Source of the DNA: Octopus vulgaris
Taxonomy: Eukaryota
Length of the DNA stretch: 64,000 bases
NCBI GenBank assembly: GCA_951406725.2
Contig: OX597821.1
Coordinates: forward strand, 95,108,001-95,172,000
Reading direction: 5' to 3'
In this document: piece by piece, positions 14,075 to 25,994 of the stretch
Layout of the letters: every line of letters starts with the position of its first letter
Position numbering within the stretch: position 1 is the first letter of the stretch
Notes under the pieces: model-generated
What the model was told of the DNA's origin: nothing
The model's database searches: none
What the model saw: the letters and a program-made list of their open reading frames with translations, nothing else
Translations under genes and position numbers: made by a program

Positions 14075-14790
14075 GTTCTTTTATGTCAGTCAGTTGACCA
14101 CGGCCATGCTGGGGCACCGCTTTGAAGAATTTTAGTTGAGCAAATCGACCGCAGTACTTTTTTGTTTTTTGTAAAGCCTGGTAGTTATTCTATCGATCAC
14201 TTTGCCGAACCGCTAAGTTACGGGGACATAAACACACCAATACCGGTTGCCAAGCGGTGGGACACATACACACTCAAACGCACATATATATTTACGAGGA
14301 GTTTTTTTTTAAGTTTCCGGCTACCAAGTTCACTAACAAGGCTTTGGCCGGCCCGGGGTGATAGTAGAAGATACTTGGTGGAGGCGCAATGGCCCAGTGG
14401 TTAGGATCGCGGTTTCGATTCCCAGACCGGGCGTTTATTGAGCGAAAACACCTAAAAGCTCCACGAGGCTCCGGCAGGGGATGGTGGTGATCCCTGCTGT
14501 ACTCTTTCACCACAACTTTCTCTCACTCTTACTTCCTGTTTCTGTTGTACCTGTATTTCAATGGGCCGGCCTTGTCACTCTCTGTGTCACGCTGAATATC
14601 CCCGAGAACTACGTTAAGGGTACACGTGTCTGTGGAGTGCTCAGCCACTTACACGTTAATTTCACGAGCAGGCTGTTCCGTTGATTCGGATCAACCAGAA
14701 CCCTCATCGTCGTAACCGACGGAGTGCTTCCATCCCAGAAGATACTTGACCAAGGTACTACACAGTGGGACTGAACCCGGAACACAGCCA
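14075..14790 (-). mobile_element. SINE family B copy interrupted by SINE C
   Basis: Family B sequence resumes after the TSD at 14737. Confidence 0.8.
14378..14736 (+). mobile_element. tRNA-derived SINE family C with TSD
   Basis: Near-identical to 25272-25654; 12-bp TSD agaagatacttg at 14366-14377 and 14737-14748. Confidence 0.92.
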
Positions 14791-14938
14791 CGATATATAT
14801 ATGTATGTATATAGGGAGTGTTTGTCCAGGATAGGACTACACAGCCACAGCAGGAACTGTATCAGGACATGAAATGTAAAAGCCGGACAAGACTACTTTA
14901 TGCGCAACTCCATTGTCTCCCGAGACAAAAAGGATGCC

Positions 14939-15018
<80 letters not shown>

Positions 15019-15124
15019 ACAGCATTCTTGTATAAGAATAATAAATTTGTCCTCTACAAAAGTATAGAGTAACACATCAGGTTAATGTAAAATTGTCTTA
15101 TTTTAACTGAACGAAAAAATAAAC

Positions 15125-15200
<76 letters not shown>

Positions 15201-15670
15201 GTGGATGGAGGGATGGAGGGAAGGAGGGATGTTTATTTTACTGAAGTATATAAAAACAGTTTAACATTCACTATAGTAGAGTACATTTTCATTAATTTTC
15301 CAATAGAAAAATAATTAAGCTGTCATTAACTTCGAAGTTTGAGTTTAGTAGTCTATCTTCAAGTAGCCGAATGCAAGAGAGAGAGGATGAGTCGAGAGAG
15401 AGAGAGAGTGAGTGAGTGAGTGAGTGAGTGAGTGAGTGAGTGAGTGAGTGAGTGAGTGAGTGAGTGAGTGAGTGAGTGAGTGAGTGAGTGAGTGAGTGAG
15501 TTAGAGAGTTAGAGAGAGATAAAGAGAGGGTGGCGGGGAATCGATCCTAATACTTGACTGGTGTGTTATTTGATTTCGAAGGGACGAAAGGTAAAGTTGA
15601 CCTCGGCAGGATTTCAACTCAGAAGGCAAGCAGATGTGCTGAGGAACAGCCAATTAGCCGTCTTTACCCC

Positions 15671-15770
15671 CATCTCTCAGATTCACACATCTATTGCAGC
15701 GGTCCTTCAGTTTTTCTAAGCCCTGTAAAAGAATTCGGAAAGTTGGGCTTCCAGCCAGGCCTTTCGCGAT
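15671..15770 (+). mobile_element. mariner-like internal fragment (continuation of 17655-17735)
   Basis: Starts with catctctcag, the same 10-mer that ends the TIR-bearing fragment at 17726-17735. Confidence 0.5.
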
Positions 15771-15774
15771 AATT

Positions 15775-16334
15775 TTAGATTTTAAAAAAATAAAGATTGT
15801 TACTGTACTCAACACGAAAGAAGTCGAAGTGAAATTTGAATGACGATGGTGATGAATTTGCTGCGCAGTAGAAATGATGATGATGGTGAAACTGACGGCG
15901 GTGCCCTTTCCTGGGACACCTCTTCCACTTCTTCCGAAGGTGCAGCCGTAGTAGTAGCAGCAGGAACTGGCTCTTTTTTGCGAGGCTGCAAAAACATTGT
16001 GATAGGAAGTTGCTGCCGGTACATGTTTTTCCGTTCAAAGAGCATCTCTTGTAGGGATTCATAACTTCGTCGACCTTGTTGCAAAATTGCACAGAACGAA
16101 CCATATCGTCGTCCCATTCCTGTGACTCCTCTTTGAATTCTTTAGCCAGTTTGCAGAGCTTGGCCAGCCGTTCCAAAGTCAAGCCAGTTTGGCAGACAAC
16201 TTCTTTTGTTTCTTTGTGCATTTCTTCTTCTTTGGACTTAATGAAAAATTTTAGGTGTTCATATATATATATTTTTAAAATCCGCGAAGTCGTGAATCCG
16301 CGATAGTTGGACCGCGAAGTAGCGAGGGATCACT
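15775..16334 (-). mobile_element. Tigger/pogo-like DNA transposon, internally deleted 5' part
   Basis: TIR cagtgatccctcgctacttcgcgg next to TA. Frameshifted peptide GLTLERLAKL…EWDDDMVRSVQFCNKVDEVMNPYK/…RQQLPITMFLQP is typical of Tigger transposase C-termini. Confidence 0.75.
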
Positions 16335-17224
16335 GTATACTTCAGACAAAACATGGCGATCTTGCTCCCACTACTCTCTCTCTCTCTCTTTCTCTCTCTC
16401 TCTTTCCTTCTCTCTCTCTCTATTTCACTTTACAGTTCGCGTTTCCCTATTTAACCCCCAAATCAGAACTGGGTGAGCAGAACTATGATCAAAGACATTT
16501 GAGCCAGAACCATCTCGTTTTTTTTTTTTTTATCGGATAATGTAGTCCTAGATACACAGGGTATCTAGGACTACATTATCCAATGTAACCTTCTTCAATT
16601 AAGGCTATATGATGTGATTTTTTAAGGAGATTTGACTGCTATTTGCCGCGACATTGTGGAAATAGCAGCCAAGTCTCCAAATCACATGTCTAACAATGGT
16701 ACCTATTTAAATCGAAAGAACCCGTGTCACGTCGTTGATCTTGGTTAAATTTAAGTTTACAGCAGTGTACCACCTCATTGGATCTATTTTTAGCAAGGCA
16801 GTGCCCATATCGGTGGAGGTCTCACTTTCAGTTAAATCAGTGTTCCGCAAACTTTTGAAGGCTGCCGCATCCTTGATACCAAAGCCAAATTCCTAGCGCT
16901 CCCACCCCAGCTAACCATCACAAACAGAGACCTCTTCCTGAAGCAAATTCAAAGTAACAGTATTTCACTAATAAAACTTAACCTAACGAATCCATTATTT
17001 TCTTGTTTTTACATGAATCGTCACCCCATTATTGCCCCAATTTTTAGATGAATCGTTACCCCATTATCGCCCCACTTTTCTTCAACGTTCCCTTGGAACT
17101 TTCCACCACCCATATTGCTTGGTAATTATTTACATTCTGCTAGCCTATATCATTTCATTATACACGGCTAGGTGAACTATTTTATCGTATTGAACTAACC
17201 TACATGTGATGTCTATTGCCAGAA

Positions 17225-17430
17225 GACAGCGAGCAAGCAGAATCAGAAAAAGCATCGGACAAAATACGTAGCGGCATGTCATCCGGCTCTTTACGTCCTG
17301 AGTTTAAATTCTGCCGAGGTGACTTTGACTTTTAACCCTTCAGAATCGACAAAATAAGTACCAGTCGAGTACCCGGAGTCGATATAATCGACCAATCCAC
17401 TCCCACCTAAAACAGCTGGCTTGTGGCAAA
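17225..17430 (+). mobile_element. SINE family A, diverged copy
   Basis: Head and core motifs recognisable. Confidence 0.7.
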
Positions 17431-17654
17431 ATTTGTTACAATTTATATATATTGCCTGCCTAGGAGGTTTATATTAATCATAGAGTCCTTTGACGTTTAT
17501 ATTGATTGTATCATTCACAGGGTACCTTTTCTTTTTTGTTTTAGTTTTGCGAAGTGAAATTACGACATGTACATATTTACACTTAGGTGAACCGAACCAC
17601 GTACGTAGTACCTACTTACAGCTAGTTGGACCGTACCTCCTTCTTAGTACCTTA

Positions 17655-17735
17655 GGCTGCTGAAAAGTTCCTGGCTTTGGGCAAAAGAAAATATAGGAGG
17701 ATCAGTTAATTATGATTTTATTCAACATCTCTCAG
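17655..17735 (+). mobile_element. mariner-like terminal fragment
   Basis: ggctgctgaaaagttcctggcttt resembles mariner TIRs; truncated at catctctcag. Confidence 0.5.
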
Positions 17736-17741
17736 CTTCAA

Positions 17742-18042
17742 CATCATTTCTACTGCGCAGCAAATTCATCACCATCATCATTCAAATTTCACTTCAACTT
17801 CTTTCGTGTTGAGTACAGTAACAATCTTTATTTTGTTTAAATCTAAAGTGTTATTGCTTAACAGTTGTCCTTGTTATTAATAGACTACTGTAATGGGTGG
17901 GTTGTTAACAGTACAGGGAGGGTCTTAAAAGTCCAAACACACGTTAAATAAATACTGTAAATATGGTGTCCCTACTTCGCGGAAATTCAGTTATCGCGGC
18001 CGGTCTCGGAACCAATCTACCGCGATAAACGAGGGATCACTG
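17742..18042 (+). mobile_element. Tigger/pogo-like 3' part with terminal TIR
   Basis: Ends ccgcgataaacgagggatcactg; the first ~105 bp are the reverse complement of 15775-15882. Confidence 0.75.
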
Positions 18043-19960
18043 AAACTATCTATCTCACGTAATCGTCAATCATGCGCTGATAACCACTCCCACAACGGCC
18101 ACTACTACATAGACGCTTCGTAGTCAGCTATTCGATATTCCATCCAGATACTGAAATGGGATGACGATGGCTTGGCCACTTAAAAATCAGCAACGATTCT
18201 GAAATGGAAAGGCTTATGACGAAAGGAATTAAAACGCGTTTTTGATAAGAACTGAAAAAAAAAAACTGTATGGGGTGGGGAGATAGAGATGGGAGAATTG
18301 TTAAACGGGATAGTAATTGATAAAGATTTCATAAATCGACTATTGATCATGGAGAGAAAAAATAATGCAGCAAGTAAAATCTTTTAACACTAGAGAAGTA
18401 ACTTCAAGTTGTTTTGTTTTGTTTTTTTTTAGATATGTATCAAAATACACAAGTTAACAAGGAATTTATGTACATGGTCTCTCGATTTGTTCGGAATAAT
18501 AGCTAAATATCCTTCATATCACACCTTACGAAAAAAGATAATATTGGATAAATGTTGTTCACGGTTCAAAAAAGACATGATTACGGTTGGAATAGCTTTG
18601 GTATTGTTCTGTTCTATCGAGGTTTACCTGAACTAATTATCACCAATAACGATTTCTTTCATTAATAATAATTATTTCGTGTATGATACAATAGGCAGTT
18701 AGTTGCAATAATGGGTTCCATTTCAGGTTCGATGCCAGCAGTTTTGAGGATATCAGTCGATGCTATTGATCCCTGCACTTTGATTGGAACATTATTTTAT
18801 CAAAGCCGAAAGAATGATAATCAAAGTTGACCTCAGTGGGGTTTGAACTCAGAATAAAAGAACCGGAATACCTCATAGCATTTGTTTTTTCGACGATCTA
18901 ACGATTCTGTCAGTTCACCACCTAGAAATCGATAGCGACCATAACTTCAAGAGACATCCAAATTATGCCAATGAAATGAGTTTCTATGTGGTGACTCGAC
19001 CATCTAGAAATAGCTACTAAGTTTCTCTTAAATTATATACCTTACTCTCAGAAAAGACCAAGGAAATACTGAGTAATGTACACAGTATGAATTACATCAC
19101 GCTATTATACCTGCAGTAAGAGGAACATGACTGCTGATAGTTAAGTATCTTAGCTGTAGACACAATATGCATGAGTTTGAGTGAGATTTGAAAATCAAAT
19201 ATCATAGCTATGAGCAGATCGAGGTGGTGGCAATGACTGGATTCAAACCAGTTTAGTTGCTTAATACTCAACTGTGAAGAAAAAAAGCATCGGACGACCA
19301 GCCCAGATGACGTGACGTTTCGAAACTTGTGACCGATTTTCGTTATACTTATCAATACTAAAAATATTGACTCTTGCTTTGCAAAGAAATATTTGACGAA
19401 ATATATGAAGAAAATCCGAAAAATTGTCTTTTGAAATAAGTGTCACTTGGGGTGTCTGCGCTTCTTGCAGCAAAGCCATGGAGCAAATTCGCTTTCTGCG
19501 GTTAACGGTAATAACATTTTGGTCGGGTACATCCGCTTTCCACGTTCAGATTGTTAAAAAAACTTTGGCCAAAAAAAAAACACTCCTTTCGGTCCATTTT
19601 TCCACCAGGGACCATCGCTAGTACCTTCACCGCCGCAGCTACTGCCATTTGTACTATTTGTACAGGAAGTTTGATTTCGTGTACTGACATGCATTTAAGT
19701 TTTCTTTTTCTCTTTAATTTTAAGTAGACACTTTAACTAATTAATGTTCAGTGCAGTCTTTGTGTAGTATGCAAAACAAGTCTTGTTTGGTCAGAAATAG
19801 CTTTTGCATGTTGGGACAGGAAAGGAATGGCTCCGAGAGGAGGAAGCCAACCGAACTCTTTTATCTGTTTACGTTTTTATGCGGTTCCACCAATCAGAGA
19901 CTCGGTAAGGAAAAGACCTTACAGGATAAAGAATGCAATATGTCACTAAAATATCCTTTC

Positions 19961-19991
<31 letters not shown>

Positions 19992-20093
19992 CACTTATGT
20001 AATTTAAATTATTTTTATATACCGAAACATTCCAAGTGTTTAGGTATGCGCGTTTAATCACACTATAGTTACAGACATATCTATATACATAAT

Positions 20094-20324
20094 TGCGGCG
20101 AGCTGGCAGAAACGTTAGCACGCCGGGCGAAATGCGTAGCTGTATTTCGTCTGCCGTTACGTTCTGAGTTCAAATTCTGCCGAGGTCGACTTTGCCTTTC
20201 ATCCTTTCGGGGGTCGATAAATTAAGTAGCAGTTACGCACTGGGGTCGATATAATCGACTTAATCCGTTTTTCTGTCCTTGTTTGTCCTCTCTGTGTTTA
20301 GCCCCTTGTGGGTAGTAAAGAAAT
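20094..20324 (+). mobile_element. SINE family A, young full-length copy
   Basis: Complete head, core and tail (…agccccttgtgggtagtaaagaaata); near-identical to 43250-43480. Confidence 0.92.
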
Positions 20325-21009
20325 ATATATACATAATTGCACTCATACATGCAGATATAATTACATGCGTGGGGGGGGGGGGAGCGTGCGAGGTTGTGTG
20401 TGTGCGCACGCGTTCTCACGCGCGTGTGTGTGTAAGTATCTGTGTGTCAGTGAATACCAATGGGTTACTTTTTAAGGTGTCGAGCTCACAAACATACAGT
20501 TGTGGTTTTGCCAGCTGTACTGGGCGGCACGTTGATCGGTCTGGGAATCGAAACCGCGATCCTGCGACCGCGAGTCCGCTGCCCTAACCACTGGGCCATT
20601 GCGCCTCCACCATCATAAAATAAAGTGCATTAAATAGGATATTTTATTTTACGTTGCTCTGATCTATTCGAATGGTGGTGCAGCCCTCTCTCTCTCTCTC
20701 CAGCTGTCAAAATCCACGATGTACCGTGAGGGAAGAAATGGGTGGAATGAGGGTGTGACTAAAATTCTGCTCGTCACCATACAGGCACCTAAAACAATTG
20801 TCGAAAGCGAGGTACATGCAATTAAGTCATGCTACCATGCATTGATGGTTATGGTTTTTGTGTATGTGTAGTTAAGTACAAATATATATGTACCTACAGG
20901 GGAAACTCAGAGATGCAAGAGAATATATATATATATATATATATATATACGTATATATATATATATATATATATTTTAGTGACATATATATACTTGCTAT
21001 GCGAGTACA

Positions 21010-21062
<53 letters not shown>

Positions 21063-21185
21063 CAACTAATTTTGACGTCATTGCTTATAACGGATTATTT
21101 TAAATAATTACTCATTATTACTGTGGAAATCATGTAGGCAGTTATTAAGAAGCTTTTGTCCGTTTTGAGGCTGAGAGAGGTTCCT

Positions 21186-21275
21186 TGTATTTCCTGATGA
21201 GAAGACGGCATAATGCAACCTTCATTCCTTCAGGATTAAGAGTGTGCAGTCTTCGAAACATATGTCGAAAGTAAA
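21186..21275 (+). ncRNA. Type I hammerhead ribozyme motif with canonical core
   Basis: Stem I TTTC(21190-93)/GAAA(21267-70); CTGATGA 21194-21200; stem II GAAGAC(21201-06)/GTCTTC(21249-54); GAAA 21255-58; palindromic stem III CATATG; GUC cleavage triplet ending at 21266. Confidence 0.8.
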
Positions 21276-21319
21276 GGGATTTTGTTAAAATTTTCTTTCG
21301 ACTCCATTCTTTTCATTTA

Positions 21320-21381
<62 letters not shown>

Positions 21382-21492
21382 TAAATAAATGGAGTTTAAC
21401 GCAGATATAAATCAAATATTTTTTACTTTCGGCACATGTTTCGAAAATTCCAAAATTTCGAAATTCGATACATGTTTCGAAAATATGGTATA

Positions 21493-21541
<49 letters not shown>

Positions 21542-21671
21542 GTAAGTTCCCAAATTAGGTTGGTAGGAATATACAATCCTAGCGGGTACCGTATTAGATT
21601 TTACTGGTTAATAATGCTGGCTAACCTCCGTGAGTTAGTTTATTTTACTATCCACAGTAGATATATAACAA

Positions 21672-21740
<69 letters not shown>

Positions 21741-21807
21741 CAACTAGAGAGAGATTATCAATCCGGGCAAAATACTTCATAAGCTCTCTGTTGACAGAGA
21801 ACCAGAA

Positions 21808-21934
21808 ATGGCTCTGATGAAAGTAGCATTAATTTTCTTATGTTGTTCGATTTTCCTCAATTGATCAGTAAATCAACTGAGTAAACTTATCAGGAATGTA
21901 CCTAAAATGACTACTGGAAACAACTGTATGTCAA
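21808..21934 (+). ncRNA. Hammerhead motif with very long stem II, partly decayed
   Basis: CTGATGA 21814-20; AGTAGCATT pairs with AATGACTACT (21906-15); GAAA 21917-20; CAACTG-TA; weak stem I. Confidence 0.55.
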
Positions 21935-22162
21935 ATTTGTTCCAATAGAAGAAAAATATATAACGACCATTATTTTAAACTTGTTTCTTTATATATGTGT
22001 GTATGTTTGCGTGTGTACAAAGTATTTGAAGTGGTGTACAGATATTGAATATTGAGAAAAAAGAGGCAGTCAGAATTTTGGCTAATTCCTTATTAGCGCA
22101 TTCGTTCGCTTATCGAACTCATCAGGACAAAATCAATACCATTGACTGCCTCCTTTTTCTCA

Positions 22163-22198
<36 letters not shown>

Positions 22199-22361
22199 AT
22201 GTATATATAGGTAGGTGTGGCTGTGTGGTAAGTAGCTTGCTTACCAACCAAATGGTTCTAGGTTCAGTCCCACTGCGTGGCACCTTGGGCTACTATAGCC
22301 TCGGGCCGACCAAAGCCTTGTGAGTGGATTTTGTAGACGGAAACTGAAAGAAGCCCTTCAT

Positions 22362-22452
<91 letters not shown>

Positions 22453-22592
22453 TAGATAAACTTAGATATGTTTCGACCAGAGATTGGTCCAGGCCATGTC
22501 TAACTTAATAGCACCACCTGATAGGATTATTCGAATCCTGTTTCAGTCAAGTTTTGTTCAAGTAGTGAGTTCTTGTTGGGTGAGTTGTATGG

Positions 22593-23680
22593 TGAAAATT
22601 TTTGGGTAAAATTTTCGGTGAAAACTTTTGAAAGATTTTTGAGTAAAATTTTGGAAAAATTTTTGGGTAAAATTTTCGGTGATAATTTTCGAAAAATTTT
22701 TGGGTAAAATATTCGAAAAATTTTTGGGTAAAATCTTCGGTGAAAATTTTCGAAAAATTGTTGGTGAAAATTTTTGGGTAAAATTTTGTGAAAATTTTCG
22801 AAAAATTTTTGGGTAAAACTTTAAAAAAATTTTTGGGTAAAATACTTTTCGTTGAATATTTTCGAAAAATTGTTGCTGAAAAAAAATTTTGGAAAAATTT
22901 TTGGGTAAAATTTTCGAAAAATTTTTGGGTAAAACTTTTGAAAAATTTTTGGGTAAAATCTTCCGTGAAAATTTTCGAAAAATTGTTGGTGAAAATTTTT
23001 AGGTAAAATTTTCGAAAAATTTTTGGGTAAAATCTTCGGTGAAAATTTTCGAAAAATTGTTGGTGAAAATTTTTGGTTAAAATTTTCTGTAAAAATTTTG
23101 GAAAAATTTTTGGGTAAAATTTTCGGTTAAAATTTTCGAAAAATTGTTCGTGAAAATTTTTGGGTAAAATTTTCGGAAAATTTTCGAAAAAGTTTTGGGT
23201 AATATTTTCGTTGAAAAATTTTTGGGTAAAATCTTCGGTCAAAATTTTCGAAAAATTGTTGGTGAAAATTTTTGGGTAAAATTTTCCGTGAAAATTTTCG
23301 AAAAATTTTTGGGTAAAATTTTCAGTGAAAATTTTTGAGGAAAATTTTCTGAAAATTTTCGAAAAATATTTGGGGAAAACTTTCGATGAAAATTTTCAAA
23401 AATTGTTGCTGAAAATTTTTGGGTAAAATTTTCGAAAAATTTTTGGGAAAATTTTCTGTGAAAATTTTGGAAAAATTTTTGGGTAAAATCTTCGGTGAAA
23501 ACTTTCGAAAAATTGTTGGTGAAAATTTTTGGGTAAAATTTTCCAAAAATTTTTGGGTAAAATTTTCCGTGAAAATTTTCGAAAAATTTTTGGGTAAAAT
23601 CTTCGGTGAAAATTTTCGAAAAATTATTGGCGAAAATGTTTGGGTAAAATTTTCGGTGAAAACTTTTGAAAAATTTTTTT
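22593..23680. repeat. A/T-tract minisatellite built from AAAATTTT blocks with CG/GGGT/CGGTG spacers (~37-bp higher-order unit)
   Basis: Recurrent aaaattttcg-aaaaatttttgggt-aaaatcttcggtg over ~1.1 kb. Confidence 0.92.
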
Positions 23681-23710
23681 TGCTTGCATTTTTCCACGTA
23701 TGTATTTATC

Positions 23711-24236
23711 CTAGCAGAGATACCCGGTGTTGCCCGGTTACATTCAGTTGAAGAATTAGACTTATCTGTTATATATATATGGATACACACACACACATAC
23801 ACATACACACACACACACATGTATGTATATTAATATAAATACATGACAGTACATGAAGTTTGTTAAAAAAAGGGGATCATGTATATACCTCCTGGCTGTT
23901 GAGATTATAACACCTCGTTGTAAACAATGTTCCTTGTTTTTCCTTGTGGAGCATATACAAAAAGGTTTCTTTTGGTTCCTACTCTTGAGCAGCCAACACA
24001 CAGTTGCCCATGCGAGAAGCAGGGCTCTTCCAAGTGAAGACCAGCTACAGAGAGGGTTTGACCCTGAGATTTGTTAATGGACATGGCAGAGCTGACACGA
24101 AGGGGGGAATTGCAGTCTTCTGAATGTAAATGGAATTTCTGCTCCTAATGGAGTAAGAGGAATTCTTTGAATAAATACGTCATCACCTTTTCCACATCCA
24201 GAAAGAATGATCGCCTCGATAACGTGTGACATCATT
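23711..24236 (-). mobile_element. Helitron 3' end with PIF1-type helicase C-terminus (frameshifted RepHel pseudogene)
   Basis: VIEAIILSGCGKGDDVFIQRIPLTP…FRRLQFP / LRVSSAMSINKSQGQTLSVAGLHLEEPCFSHGQLCVGCSRVG…TRNIVYNEVL*, followed by hairpin ccgggcaacaccggg and terminal CTAG at 23714-23711. Confidence 0.92.
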
Positions 24237-24239
24237 TTA

Positions 24240-25250
24240 TATTCTAAAGAGAAATCAACGGGTTGCAACTTGGCAGCTGGAACGGTACGTCCTTAAAGGT
24301 TAGTGCCTTGTAACACGAGATCGATCGTTCCGTTAAGAGGTATGGAGGCTAGTATGGGACAGATCTCCAAGTGAATAAATCCTGGGTAGTCTCAGAAATC
24401 GGGTGAGATGAAACGGTCCCTGAAAGATCCAATGTTCCGAGATACCTGGCTGATGATACGCGGGCCCACACTGAGATTGACACAGCTGCAGAGAATCTTG
24501 AGTAAAACGTCGGTGAAGAAGCATGCTTGCATTAGTATGGCATCTTTTTTCTGTTCGTCACTTTGACCGAGCTGTCGTCCTGAGTCTCAAGTTTGGGCTT
24601 ATAATAGCCGGAATGTTGCAAGGAGCTTGCATCATTCTGCTGGCTGGCAATACAATAGTGGAACATCTGCATTCTAAAGAGGATTAGTTGATGGTATGAG
24701 CATCGATGACTTTGGAGTGATATGGACGTCAACGAAGACAATGTTAGTAGTCTCATTGGAAGATTTTTCAGATCAGAGATAACAGATAATTTCCTAAAGT
24801 ATTTATGCCTGGCAATGTTATAGGGTAACTTTTCCTGTTTGATATAAACTCTTCAAGTATGGCCGCAGAGTTCATTCCAAACCGAACTTATCCGAGATGC
24901 GCACAGAATGACAAAATCATGCTGTACTGCATGCACCCATCCAATATCTGTGCATTGCTGATTTGTGGATATAATGTCAAACAGCTGTTATCAAATGAAA
25001 GACGTATCCGTTTATTAGCAAGGAAGGGCAGATAGCTTCGTCTGATTGGTGACTATGGTGAAGAGATTTGTAAAGCTGATGTACTTGAGTTATGAGAACA
25101 TATTTTCCTCTCAGACCAAGCCCTCGACAACTTCTGCAAGTACTACTTGAAGAGGAAAGTGGGAGAAGAGAGGGAGATAGACATTTCTGGTAAATTCTGA
25201 AAAAGTTTGGTAAGAATAACGGAACTGGCATGGCTAAATGAACTTACACT
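24240..25250 (-). mobile_element. Probable highly decayed LINE 3' portion (CR1/L2-like)
   Basis: Broken frames weakly resemble CR1-type ORF2 C-termini. Its terminal 23-mer gctgccaagttgcaacccgttga recurs exactly at 28600-28622. Confidence 0.35.
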
Positions 25251-25271
25251 TACTAGGTAAGGTGTAGATTG

Positions 25272-25654
25272 TGGAGGCGCAATGGCCCAGTGGTTAGGGC
25301 AGCGGACTCGCGGTCGTAGGATCGCGGTTTCGATTCCCAGACCGGGCGTTGTGAGTGTTTATTGAGCGAAAACACCTAAAAGCTCCACGAGGCTCCGGCA
25401 GGGATGGTGGTGATCCCTGCTGTACTCTTTCACCACAACTTTCTCTCACTCTTACTTCCTGTTTCTGTTGTACCTGTATTTCAAAGGGCCGGCCTTGTCA
25501 CTCTCTGTGTCACGCTGAATATCCCCGAGAACTACGTTAAGGGTACACGTGTCTGTGGAGTGCTCAGCCACTTACACGTTAATTTCACGAGCAGGCTGTT
25601 CCGTTGATTCGGATCAACCGGAACCCTCGTCGTCGTAACCGACGGAGTGCTTCC
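25272..25654 (+). mobile_element. tRNA-derived SINE family C, full length with TSD
   Basis: Head ggcgcaatggcccagtggttagggcagcggactcgcgg…ggtttcgattcccagacc; 13-bp TSD aaggtgtagattg at 25259-25271 and 25655-25667. Confidence 0.95.
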
Positions 25655-25994
25655 AAGGTGTAGATTGGAGAAAGAATTGAGTTGTGCCTTAAACTGCGAA
25701 GTTGTTTTTGAACTGTATAAATGAAATAATGAACGAGTAATAATTAAAAAGTGATCGGAAGAAATAAGTTCATACTTCCTCCAACACATTTTGGAACATG
25801 TAATATATAATTACTGTTGTTAACGAACATTTGTTCACTAAAACTATTATTCTTTTATTCATTTATTTGTTTCAGTCATTTGAGTGCGGCCATGCTGGAG
25901 CACCGCCTTTATTGATTATATTTTATTGTTATTCTTATAAGTTTTTTTTTGTTTTTTACATGTTCGAAATAAAAAAAAAATTCTAGATTTATGC

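Noticed and set aside
14481-14684. Near-identical 67-aa ORF (MVVIPAVLFHH…) at three loci
   Set aside because: It lies inside SINE C copies; identity reflects recent retroposition rather than protein constraint.
22455-22555. Minus-strand GACCA-atctc-TGGTC-GAAACATATCTA as a hammerhead
   Set aside because: No correctly placed CUGANGA; at most a heavily decayed remnant.
22547-23820. 231-aa and 193-aa F/K/N-rich ORFs
   Set aside because: Products of the A/T-tract satellite, open in several frames on both strands.
25272-25350. tRNA-like sequence with A and B boxes
   Set aside because: It is the head of a multi-copy SINE with TSDs and lacks a proper cloverleaf, so it is not a tRNA gene. The same applies to the other SINE heads.
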